Positions 27,619-47,594 of a DNA stretch of 64,000 bases are shown piece after piece. Within the stretch, counting starts at the first letter, position 1. Each line of letters opens with the position of its first letter. The notes beneath the pieces are model-generated. The model had not been told where the DNA came from. It worked only from the letters and a program-made list of their open reading frames with translations, and made no database searches. Origin of the DNA: Hormiphora californensis (taxonomy: Eukaryota; Animalia; Ctenophora); the NCBI GenBank assembly GCA_020137815.1, contig CM035360.1:2666001-2730000 (forward strand), written 5' to 3'. The position numbers and the translations under genes are program-made.

Positions 27619-29555
27619 GAGGGGTTCCAACCTATTTCTTGTTTGTTTGTACGGAAAAAAACAGGGCTTTCCTCAAACAAAAAATACAAAAAAATACCAA
27701 AAAATACAATAAAAATACAAAAGAATACAAAAAAGTACAAAAAAACACAAAAATATCGCAATTTCTTACTGAGAAAATTTTCTCGAATCGTATTTTCTAA
27801 GCGAGAAATTTCCCCGAATCGCAATTTCTTACCGAGAAAATTTTCTCGAATCGTATTTTCTAAGCGAGAAATTTCCCCGAATCGCAATTTCTTACCGAGA
27901 AAATTTTCTCGAATCGTATTTTCTAAGCGAGAAATTTCCCCGAATCGCAATTTCTTACCGAGAAAATTTTCTCGAATCGTATTTTCTAAGCGAGAAATTT
28001 CCCCGAATCGCAATTTCTTACCGAGAAAATTTTCCCGAATCGTATTTTCTAAGCGAGAAATTTCCCCGAATCGCAATTTCTTACCGAGAAAATTTTCTCG
28101 AATCGTATTTTCTAAGCGAGAAATTTCCCCGAATCGCAATTTCTTACCGAGAAAATTTTCTCGAATCGTATTTTCTAAGCGAGAAATTTCCCCGAATCGC
28201 AATTTTTTACCGAGAAAATTTTCTCGAATCGTATTTTCTAAGCGAGAAATTTCCCCGAATCGCAATTTCTTACCGAGAAAATTTTCTCGAATCGTATTTT
28301 CTAAGCGAGAAGTTTCCCCGAATCGCAATTTTTTACCGAGAAAATTTTCCCGAATCGTATTTTCTAAGCGAGAAATTTCCCCGAATCGCAATTTCTTACC
28401 GAGAAAATTTTCTCGAATCGTATTTTCTAAGCGAGAAATTTCCCCGAATCGCAATTTCTTTTGTTGGGTCGAACAAGGCAAAATTTCTTACCGAGAAAAT
28501 TTTCTCGAATCGTATTTTATAAGCGAGAAATTTTCCCGAATCGCAATTTCTTACCGAGAAAATTTTCTCGAATCGTATTTTCTAAGCGAGAAATTTCCCC
28601 GAATCGCAATTTCTTACCGAGAAAATTTTCTCGAATCGTATTTTTTAAGCGAGAAATTTCCCCGAATCGCAATTTCTTACCGAGAAAATTTTCCCGAATC
28701 GTATTTTCTAAGCAAGAAATTTCCCCGAATCGCAATTTCTTACCGAGAAAATTTTCTCGAATCGTATTTTCTAAGCGAGAAATTTCCCCGAATCGCAATT
28801 TCTTACCGAGAAAATTTTCTCGAATCGTATTTTCTAAGCGAGAAATTTCCCCGAATCGCAATTTCTTACCGAGAAAATTTTCTCGAATCGTATTTTTTTA
28901 AGCGAGAAATTTCCCCGAATCGCAATTTCTTACCGAGAAAATTTTCTCGAATCGTATTTTCTAAGCGAGAAATTTCCCCGAATCGCAATTTCTTACCGAG
29001 AAAATTTTCTCGAATCGTATTTTCTAAGCGAGAAATTTCCCCGAATCGCAATTTCTTACCGAGAAAATTTTCTCGAATCGTATTTTCTAAGCGAGAAATT
29101 TCCCCGAATCGCAATTTCTTACCGAGAAAATTTTCCCGAATCGTATTTTCTAAGCGAGAAATTTCCCCGAATCGCAATTTCTTACCGAGAAAATTTTCTC
29201 GAATCGTATTTTCTAAGCGAGAAATTTCTCCGAATCGCAATTTCTTACCGAGAAAATTTTTTGAATCGTATTTTCTAAGCGAGAAATTTCCCCGAATCGC
29301 AATTTCTTACCGAGAAAATTTTCTCGAATCGTATTTTCTAAGCGAGAAATTTCTTCGCAATTTCTTACGGTTTATGTATAGCTGGGTTCCGTTTATGTTC
29401 ATGTACATGGATTATTTATACTTTTTTCACGCACCCACATCCTTCATTATTTTTTTGTATTTTTTTGTATTGTTTGTATGAAAAAAAACAGGAATTTTGG
29501 ATACTTTTATGTATGGTCCGTACAAAAGAATACAAAAAATAGTTTGGAACCCCCC
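27619..29555. mobile_element. TIR element with 8-bp TSD (GGTAGGTG) carrying a 63-bp satellite array (27757-29370)
   Basis: GAGGGGTTCCAA ... TTGGAACCCCCC termini; TSD at 27611-27618 and 29556-29563; about 25 array units. Confidence 0.8.
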
Positions 29556-29717
29556 GGTAGGTGAGAAGAAGCCCGACCGGTTAAGGGGCCCTTTATGGGG
29601 CCCTTTTAGGAACCCTTTAAGGGACCCTAGAAAGTTAAGGGATCCTAGTTAAGGGATCCTTTACGGAGCTTTTACATGGTATAGATAATCGTTAGCAGTT
29701 TTCCTTTCCTATTTTAG

Positions 29718-30372
<655 letters not shown>

Positions 30373-31502
30373 AACCCGATAAGAAGATGAGGGACTACAA
30401 AATGGGACTTGGAAGCAATAAGTTATTTGGGTTATTTAAATTTTAAAACATTTTCCCCCCCAAAGAGATACCGGTTTTTTTTTAAACTAATGAAAAAAGC
30501 AGCGCTTTTTCCCTTTTCCCCCTTTCTTAGGTCCCAATCCCCTGGTTTTTTGGGGAAAATTTCCCCTCCCTCCCCCTTTTTGGGCCCCAAATGCGCCCCC
30601 CCTCCTTGGACCCCCCCCCCATTGAATCGCCCCCTTTTAATCTGAGGGGAAACGCTGCAGTTTTATAACGGGAAAAAAGGTTTAAAGGGAAAGGAGGGGG
30701 GCCCCAAATTGATCTAGTATTGTACCCTGTCTTGTATCGTAGGGGTTGCACAGTTGAAAGGCACATCTTGATGTTTTGGAAAAATATGAATAAATATGAC
30801 ATCAGTATCTCATCATATCTTACAATCACAAACACACATATCTGTCCCCTAGGAGTTACATGCACAGTGCATACCCAATTCATTGATCTTTTTAACCCCA
30901 CAGTTCGCATTTACTAGTGTTCGAATTTGCTCTAAATCTGGTATAGGAAAACTGATACGGAGTATCTGAGGAGAACGGTCAATCCACTCTATTCTTGCAG
31001 CATCCTGAAACAGATATATGGATATTAAACCGATTAAACAGGTAATATTTCGTTTTAGGGGGTCCAATTGGGTTTGAAGATGTATTTGGGGACACGGCGA
31101 CGTTTTACGTTGCGCGCGATGGTATTTTTACGGAGGGAGTGCGCGTTGTCAGCAGAAGACTCCCCGCCAGATATCTGGCGACTGAAATCGCCGGATATCA
31201 GGGGGCCGATCTCTAACTGGCACCAGTTAGAGATCGGCCCCCTGATATAATTCTATCTACATAATTTTATTTCACACAGTCTATCGACAAAGTCGTTAGG
31301 ATCCCATTTACTATTTAGTTTTATATTTAGGATTTTTAGTGTGGAATTATTGCCTTGTTCAACCCTCTCTCGCTCCCCCTCTCCCAAGTTGTTGAGTAAG
31401 GGATCCCCCTTACTCAACAACTCCCAAGGGTTTGAAAAAGACACGTGGATTATTCTAGGATTTCTAGCTGAAACCTGAACATCACCTGAAACCCCATGAT
31501 GG

Positions 31503-32152
31503 TTATTGAGGTGGCGGGTTGTTGTAGTTGACCTGATTTGGTGGATATGCCGCCTGCTGCGGAGGAGGATATCCTTGTTGGGGTGGGTAAGCAGCTGGTG
31601 GTGGATATACCTGCCCCTGACTCAGAGCCTGAGGGGGTGGATACTGCCCCTGAGGGGGATACTGCCCCTGAGGGGGATATGCCTGGCCCTGAGGGGGGTA
31701 CTGTCCGGCAGGGTAAACAGGTTGCTGTGTAGCATTCATCTGGACGTTATTTCGATTGATCACCCTTCCCCGGCGTTCCGAGTTGAAACAGTAACGGATG
31801 CAGCAACCACAGCACACAGTTATAGGAGAGCAGCAACTCCAACTCCAATCATCGAAAACAAGATGATATTTGAATCGTCTTTAATGTCTTTGCAATATCC
31901 ACCTCCACTAACCTCACCATGCTCACAGGCCTGATCGGTTGTGCACGTTCGCCAGGTTTTTGATCCCCCACTGGCTTCGTTTGAACAGGTGGCTTCTCGA
32001 TTATACCAGTCACCTTCGGTGCAGTACCACCACCTCTGGTTGCATTCGATGTATGTGCCGTCATAGTTTTTACATTTATGGTCATAGCATGTGGTATCAC
32101 CTAGCACGACTCCGGTGAAACTGAGTAAGACCAATGTTGGTAGCAATTTCAT
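31503..32152 (-). CDS. Shisa/CYYR1/VOPP1-like single-pass membrane protein with a 1-nt frameshift near 31822
   Basis: Signal peptide, Cys-rich ectodomain, TM helix, juxtamembrane CCGCC and (QYPPQG)n tail, split across two adjacent frames. Confidence 0.65.
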
Positions 32153-32969
32153 TGCTACAGGGAGAGAGAAAGATATGTTAGATATGTTATGTCCAGCTGG
32201 ATCTCACAATCCCTATGAACATCAATCCACCTGGATCCAGGTTCTTCTCCCAGGGGGGGGTGTCAACATCCGTGATGGTTAGGGTGGGGTGGTCCCTTGC
32301 CTGCGAAGCAGGCAAGCCCCGTACGGGCGTGCGAACATGGGGGGCGCGACGTGCCCAAGGTGGTCCCGAAGGGACCCAGACAGTTAGGACCAGGGGTTCC
32401 CCTAACTGTCAAAATTTTAGGGGTGTAGGGGTCCCAAAGGGACCCGAACAGTTGCTATGTTACGATTTTCCTCTAACTGTCAAAATTTTGGAAATTTGGG
32501 TCAAAATTTGAGAATTTTGGGTCCTGGGAGCACTGTGGTGCGCCTTGCTATGTTCTAACCCTCCCTTTACATTTGTGCCCGAAACACAGTCTAGCCAGGC
32601 AAGGTGCGCCATGTATTTGGTTAGGCATCACACTGACAAGTTGCGGTTCCGCGCTCACCATTTCTGGGGGTGGATCCAAAAATTTGTGTAAGGAGACAGT
32701 TAGAGGAGCTGAGGACCCCTAACTTGTCAAAATTTGAAATTTTCTGGAACAATAGGTGTGGGTCCCAACTTTTGGGTGTCTGTGGCACTGCAGATAGATG
32801 TTGCCAAAAATGTGGCAATTTTCGGAAAATATGGGGGTGGGTCCCAAAATTTGGGTTGTGAGACAGACCCCTAACTGTATATAGCAAAAATCAAGGGGAG
32901 TAGGGGGGTGTTTTCCCCCTGGGACAGTTAGAGGCATTTAGGGTCATGGATGTCTGATACCCCCCCCCC

Positions 32970-33180
32970 CCGGATATTCCTGCCCCTGAGGTGGAGGATA
33001 CTGCCCCTGAGGGGGATATGCCTGGGATATGTCTGGGTCCGGTTATCCGAGTCCCCCGGGACGCAATAGATGTGGGAGCCATCGTAGCTTAGTTTTGACA
33101 GTTTTTGTGAAAGCATCCGGTATCACCGGAGAAACTGAGTAATATAAATTATAAAAGTTGTCATTGCTACAGGGAGAGAA
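32970..33180 (-). pseudogene. Internally deleted, frameshifted paralog of the 31503-32152 gene
   Basis: Same acceptor/ATG context (TCTCCCTGTAG|CAATGA), similar signal region and YPPQGQYPPPQG-coding repeat; the middle is missing. Confidence 0.6.
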
Positions 33181-33739
33181 AGATATCAACTTACAAAAAA
33201 GTACCCGGATTTAATGCTGAAAGTGTAAGCGAAACAACTACCGGCTATGTACGTGTCGCACTTGGTCAACAAGTTGTTGAGTAAACAATGTCGCACCATC
33301 CAACGTGATGGGAATGTGATATCATTCTCATCAACAAACATCCAACAGTCAACACCCACTGCTAACTGCTCAGTCAGTGTGTTGAATTGTTTCTCGAACA
33401 GTGGTGCTCCGTCATATTGAACGCCCGCACAGCGATTTAAAAAGTAATAGATGTCAACAGACTACGTCTTAGACCGCGTATGTAACCTGTCTGGTTTGTC
33501 GATTTGATTCTCACGACAGTGCGCTCAGATCGGGGCGGCGGCGCTAGACATTAGGTAACGCTATGCGGGTGGCCTATATATGACGGAGCTGAAACTAAAA
33601 TGGAAAATAAGAGAGCTAACGGTTACGAAATAAAACTTGCAAACACAAATCCTACCAATAAATAACAACACACACAGTCAATCTTGAGGGAAACATAACA
33701 GCCCAAGGGAAATTATCTGTACAGCTCTGAGCTCTCCCA

Positions 33740-33841
<102 letters not shown>

Positions 33842-33844
33842 CTC

Positions 33845-40973
<7,129 letters not shown>

Positions 40974-41126
40974 CTGAAGAGGGAGGAGGAGGGAGTTAAA
41001 AACATGTTTGTTTGGGTTAAAGGTTGACAAGATACCTAAAACTTTTCTTATATCGTCTTATTTTGATTTATCATTAATTTTCAGCATTTTTTCAGAATTT
41101 TTTGTCGGCTAGAAAAAAATTCGAAA

Positions 41127-41500
41127 TAGGGGGTTTACTGATAAACGAGAGGCACAATTTAAAAATTGACACCGTAATATCTCCGGTTCCTGATGAGATA
41201 CAGAAACCGTTTTGGTAGCGTTGGAAAGGTCTTATTGAGACCAATCCAACGCAACCAAGATCAAGGAGCTATCTTTTGAGGAACCGGAAACGTGAATTTC
41301 AATTTGCGAGACGCAGTGAGTGTGCCCAGTAAAACCAGTGCTGACAATATCGGTAGCTGCACAAGTATTCGCACAATTTTCGATAAGGCCATCGAGGAAA
41401 CGAAATCCTGAATCAATGACGCGTGAGTTGCTAAAACAGTACAAACGGTAGACTCATTACGAAATTTTTTTGGAAAATTCTCGAAAATTCTAGGCACAAA
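41127..41500. mobile_element. Probable MITE fragment (Tc1/mariner-like subterminal sequence)
   Basis: TA-GGGGGTTTACTG start and TAATATCTCCGGTTCC..GTTGGAAAGG motifs typical of such MITEs. The second TIR was not identified. Confidence 0.35.
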
Positions 41501-42125
41501 GATGAAATAATAGACGTATACTGAATTAGATTGTAACCTAGGACGGATGATTAATACGTATGAGTGGGGAGGGATATAACTTGAGAGAGGTTAAAAAAAG
41601 AGAGGGAAACTTTCATCACGATACACCAGAGGTGTATCTTACCATAAAAAGAGAAAACGTAATTCGACTTAATTCGTATTTAAAAGCAACTGTAATTTCC
41701 AATATCAATTCAGATTCGTTACTCATCCCTACTTCACACAAAGAGACACACCCTCTCTACGTATTGAAAGCACAAGGTCTACTCATATTCGAGTGGTTAA
41801 GTGTATGCTGACAGAGGTTACCCATCATATCTTGACATCGGCCTATGGTGGCTAGATGCGGGTGAGCGGAGAGTATGGACGAGGAGATCGAGCGGATACA
41901 GTGTATAGAGGTCAAGATAGTAGAGCAGAAGAGTCGCGACCGAGTACTATCGTCCATCGATGGAGAGGAACGTCTAGCACCTACCGAGAGACGTAGGTCG
42001 AGAGCACAGAAGCATCGTAATGAGAGCAGAGATTTCGAGTCGAGAAGACGTACTCGTCATATGACGAGTACTATACTCTAGACGAGGTCGTAGATACGAT
42101 GTGCAAATATCTCTCGCTAGAAGAG

Positions 42126-42210
<85 letters not shown>

Positions 42211-42430
42211 GTCTGTCTCTGTCTCTCCCGCTCCTATCGCGTCGCTTTACCACCATATCTTGTTATCACGCCATAGTTTGGTTACCTGGCCTCTCATCAT
42301 CATTGTACTTGATTTGACAACATTTGTAATTGATAGTTGTTTGCTAGAAATCAAGACACCGTCAGAAAATACAGTAGCTAAGACCTAAGTTACTATCAGA
42401 AGTTATTACAAATTATTGACTGATACTACA

Positions 42431-45400
42431 ATGTCAGAACCTACAATTCTTCTCCAGACAACTCCCATCACACCGGAAGTAATGGTTACAGCAGGTCACA
42501 TCAATAGACCTGATAACCCTACAGCAGGTCACATCAATAGACCTGATAATACTACGGACCAACCTGAACACCAGCCAGTTCCAAGACAGGAGGACCCCAG
42601 ACCAGTTCCTGTTCCAAGACAGGAGGATCCAGTTCCTAGCCCGGAGGATGATAGTGACATACCTCCCGAAATTATCGCTCTCCGAGTCCGTAAGGAAGAG
42701 GTTGGGAGATTGGCACGAGAGCTGTGCAAGGACCATTACGAAGAGGAATTCCTGAACATATTTGATGGTCTGGAGAAACGGACTGATATATTGAGGAAGG
42801 TAATTATAATAATTGAATGATGCTTATTATTCTCAGAGGAAATGAAAAGCAGGAACCGACCGAATCAGGAAATACTGTTCCCTGATTGGCTGATAACCAG
42901 TCACGTGACCTTAATAACGAGTTCTGATGTTTACTTGTTTCGGTCGGTTCCTGATGAAAAGCTAGTCGTTGCACGGCTTTCGTGAATGAGGCTGCAAAAG
43001 AGTGCACTCTAAGGACTAGCATATCCTGCAAAAGAAATGCATACGATTTTTTCCCTGCCCGGGTGGATGCCCGAAGGGCATCCACCCGGATGATCGTTTT
43101 AGCACGTGTGCTAAAAAGATCATAAAGGGTTTAGAAATCTCGGATTTGAAATAGTAACTCGAGCGTGGTCAAAATCGCGTGTGTCACGGTAGCAGCATAG
43201 TAACTGCTCCTTCATAAAATCAAATAACTGTTTTGATGAAATATGATGTCAGGACGCTTATTTTTCAAAGCTGTGCGCGGCGCTCACAACACTGTTGCTG
43301 AAGGGGTGAGGGTAGAGTAAAACAGCTGTGTAACTGCATACATACAGGACGCATGCATCTCACATTGTGACCAAGCCTTGATATTGTGATACTGATAGTG
43401 TGATACTGATCCTGTCGACGGAGGGCAGGGAAACACCGCATTATGAATACATAATGCAATAATTCTTGTTTGGGTAGATATGACAGTGATGTAAATCACG
43501 AAACAATTGTTGACATTATATAATGTATTGTCCTCCCATTAGGTTCGTCAAAATAATGCGGGAATCAGGAGACTCCGAAGGACAATGCATGGTCACATCT
43601 CTCTCTGTAATCAGACCATCTTTGATAGGCAGGTGGTCCTGGATTCTCTCTGGATGGACATGAAGCGAATTGAAGCCGAGCTAAGCGAGGACGGAGATGC
43701 GATGGAGAAAAAACTGCCCGAGCTTGAGAGGATGATCAAGGTAAACAATGAAATTGAACAGTGCTGCTCAAACGGCTGTACTAAGTTCTTCGATGTTGCA
43801 CGAGAAGTTTTAAATAAGACGATATTTTTGGTACAGTATAATTCTGAAACTGTTGCAGGAAAACGGGAAGAAGCTCAAAAAGACAAAAGAGAAATGGGAC
43901 TTGGAGCAAAAACGTCAGAAAAATGTGATGTCTTCGATTAATGGAAAAATTGTGAGTTGAAAAGCAAGCATTGTATTCAGTACAATTGCTTCAAATTGGA
44001 ACTTTCCCAGCTTTATGTAAAACTATTGAGCTTCATTTTCTAACAACTCTTTCTGTTGCTAGGGTAACATGGTGTTTGAAACATCATTTTTAAAAGAGGA
44101 AAATGACAGACTGAGAAAAGATTTCGAATTACTTTCAGGTAATTTACCAGCTGTCCTTAATTTTTATGTAATTACTCCATAGTCCATTATTATATTAGGT
44201 ATGTAATTACTTCATTTCCAAACCCTATTTGAAATAGGCTATTTCAAACACTCCATTTCAAAACCCCTTATCTCCAAACCCACTTTCCTGTTTTCAGCGT
44301 TTATCGAACTGCTAAATGATGAGATCTATGCCATGAGACGAGGTGCCCCTAAACCCCGGAGATCAGCTGCCCCAAGTCGCCGTGTCAGTACCTCCCGAAC
44401 ACCCCGGCTCAGCGTCCACTCCCTACCAGATGAGATGGCAGACGGACTAGCTGAGATACACACTTTCTCCAACACTCTCTCTGTAAATAACTCAGCGCCC
44501 TACATGCCACCATCTCAGCCAAGTGTGGAGCATGGGAAGCAGGAGGCAGTATCAGCACCCCCTCCTCCACCAGCTGGACCACCCCAGATTGCTGTCCACT
44601 CCCCCACCCCCACTATCTCAGATAGCGACTCTGTCAGTAGTTTCGGTAAGTATACCTACCTAGTATACCTATTACCTACCTAGGTACCTATACCCAGCAA
44701 ACACAGTTGGCGTGAGTTGCTTGTCAGCGCCAAATTTCAGACGGTCATAGATCCACCCCCTGATAAGATAGAGACTCGAAATTTGTTTTGTAAGGAGATC
44801 ATGTCGAGTTCTTCTTACACAACAAATTTCAAGTCTCTATCTCACCAGGGAGTGGAGCTATGACCGTCTGAAATTTGGCGCTGGCAAGCAATTCACGCCA
44901 ACTGTGTTTGCTGGCTACTTTAGTTAGGGACTAGGGAACACAGTAGGGGCAGTATGAGAATTTTGTTATTGGTAGAATTGATAGTAAAATAAAAAATTTA
45001 AGTCATGTAGTCAAGATTAATGGATAAGGATTGAAAAATTCTATTCCCACTATTCCAATGTACAATAAGGCAAGGCCTAGCATAAATATTATTTGCAGAT
45101 GATATAGCAGACATCCCAGCATCAGTAGACGATGTCGAGAAGTCATATGAGCAGAATAGAGGTAAGTAAAATCCCTCTAAAACTTGGGGTTGGTCGAATC
45201 GAACTCCCTTTCTATGTATTTCTATTAGGATATGTGATCCCCCCCCAGTATGATGAGGATTACACTTGGGTGGTTTGTGTGTTTTAGGGATTCATGACAT
45301 AACAATTAAACTGGATTATTGACCAACACAAGTTAAATATTCCTGATATTTTTCCCTTCCATATCACAGATAGTATTCAAGGTAACAAAAACAAGCTAGA

Positions 45401-45623
45401 CATACTGCTAGAAGACTCGGAGGACTCGGACAGTACCGTCTCGGACGGGATTAACTACGGAAGATCACCACTGAAGAGAAGGGATTCGGTGACCGCTCAT
45501 GAACTTGACCAAATGCTAGGTAAGAGTCACACACAGTACACACCGCACACGTTAATTAGCAATAACTGGGGTATAAATCAAAGTATTGACACATGTATAA
45601 TTTCAGCTCAACTACGAGAGTGA
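42431..45623 (+). CDS. Orphan coiled-coil and Pro/Ser-rich protein, about 8 exons, divergent from SEL1L
   Basis: Frame-consistent GT-AG exons at approx. 42431-42799, 43544-43740, 43859-43951, 44063-44138, 44298-44645, 45099-45161, 45370-45519, 45607-45623. Confidence 0.65.
42850..42953. mobile_element. 104-bp hAT-type MITE
   Basis: TIR CAGGAACCGACCGAA / TTCGGTCGGTTCCTG with a perfect 8-bp TSD ATGAAAAG. Confidence 0.9.
44693..44915. mobile_element. 223-bp palindromic MITE with CCCAGCAAACACA termini (animal CMC/EnSpm-like), TA flanks
   Basis: About 100-bp inverted arms; TA on both sides. Confidence 0.8.
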
Positions 45624-45829
45624 CGGATTTACACGTAGTCATCTAACCGAGAGTGAACAAAATATTTTCTATCGTCTGATGATTGGTTATTCTATGAAAC
45701 GTTCGTTGCTATTATAGGAAACTTGTTTTCTTTTACCTTCTTGAAAATATAATTTGTGATAGTTTTTGATACTTGTTATCCATTTGTTATCCATTTATTA
45801 TCGTAGAAAAGTTTACAATGTGGTCAGTA

Positions 45830-46748
45830 TCAAAAATATCTCGGATCGCGAAGTTTCAGGAAAAAGTTGAAGACGATTGGGTCACAGGTGACCCACAACT
45901 TTGAACCCATATAGCGTCTTTCTAGACCATATTTGAAAGTTTTAAATCGTTTCCAGGGTTGAACCATACATTTTTCTAGCATTTTGAGGTCGTTTTGAGC
46001 CTCTGAAGTTATCGACTTTGGAAAACAGGGCTAAAACAGTGCATTTGGTAGGCAAAATGGGTAGTTTAATGGCCATATCTCAAAATTGGTACGAGTATAC
46101 TTAAAATGGACTTGGAAAATGCAAGAAAAGTGTGTATTTTACCCCGGGGTAAAGTTTCAGGGTGATATTCCAAATTTTGTGCCTCTCAGAGGCCTTCAAA
46201 GTGCTGGGTCACCTGTGACCCAATCGTCCCCTAACGCTAAAACAGGAATTTGCATTTTACGAGCATTTCTAAAGGAATGGCCCCCGATAAAAGTCTAAAA
46301 CGGCATTTTTTAAACAGGTGCTAGCGACTAACCGACTCCATCATTGTTATCTCAACATCTTAGGGAGTCGATGAAAAAATTTTTGAGATCCGTGCTCCTT
46401 CAGAAAATTTTTCATCTCGGCCAATTTTAAAATTCTAAAATCAGCTACAGATGAGATAGAGAGGCCCATAGGGTGTGCAAACTGTGCAGAATGGCCGGGT
46501 TTATATAAGTGTTATGAACAAACATAGGGTCTAAAATGAACAGTTTACGAGTTATCGGGCAAAATAGCGGCAAAATCTCAATTCCTATTTTAGCGTTAGG
46601 GGACGATTGGGTCACAGGTGACCCAATAGAAATACAGGTGGTAGAACCAAAATTCCTTTTCCTGCGTTCAAGTAGGTTCAAAGTGAGTGTCTCTAGAAAG
46701 TTTTAGAGAATTCTGTCGACAGGGGGCTTATCGTCCCCAAAGGGTTAG
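45830..46748. mobile_element. piggyBac-like non-autonomous element remnant
   Basis: Right end ATCGTCCCCAAAGGG|TTAG; subterminal GACGATTGGGTCACAGGTGACCCA in 3 copies (45872, 46205 inverted, 46602). Confidence 0.5.
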
Positions 46749-47594
46749 ATGTCAGTATGTCAAAAAGCCTCTTTAAAAGAGTTCAATCAATGTTACATGA
46801 AAATTGAAATCACATCGGTAATCGGTGACAACCTGGGACTTAGATGTGGTCGTATCGACTAACGACCAGGAGCGGCTTGCAAGTTGTCCCGGGTGCCCGG
46901 GCGGAAGCCTCAGTCAGGTTTTATGGGGAGTGAAAACCCACCCCATCGCAGGGCAGGGATTTTGACGTTTTTAAACGATTTTAAGCATTTCTGAGCCCCT
47001 TTCCACAAAAACGAAAGATTTGAAGAAGAAAACAAAAAAAACTATTCGCGCGCACCATTAATAAATAACGCGCACACTTCGAATACAGTAAGCGCGTTTT
47101 GTTTTTGCGCGCTAGTGAATTCTTATCGCGCGCTCCTTACCGCATGAATATGCAGTGCGCCCTACACACAGTCGTTATAATGGCAGTAAAGTTAGCATGG
47201 CAACACTTAACAACCCAAACTAGTTAGTAGCGACAGTGAAGTTCACTGTCATTTCTCAAACATGCCCCCAGGGTTCATTTGATCTTAGTTCTCCGCCCTG
47301 ATGCTTTGTTTCATGAGGTCCCTTTCCAACAAAATGAATGAGGTCGTGGCTTGTGATTTGTTAATATGCGATGAATTTATTAAATGAATGTTCAATGTAT
47401 ATTGTACGTGCAGTTAAATGGTTATTAAAATAGTACCTTAACCAAAAGCTTATCTAATTATTAAGTCATCGTAGTAAAATTGCGCTCAATTTCTTGATAC
47501 ACACAACACATTGACACATGCCACTGGAACTATATGATCTCTCTTGATCTCACTCTTACAACTGATTTTTTTTTGTAGTTTTGCAAATTTGAAT

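Noticed and set aside
27459-29481. Long ORFs (621 aa, 340 aa) with 21-aa repeats; CRISPR-like regularity
   Set aside because: Translation of a stop-free 63-bp satellite. There are no unique spacers, so it is neither a gene nor a CRISPR array.
30440-30720. Homopolymer-run-rich stretch
   Set aside because: The pattern is typical of poor consensus or low complexity; no interpretable structure.
41820-42240. Arg/Glu-rich short ORFs
   Set aside because: Degenerate AG/CT microsatellite region, probably noisy sequence.
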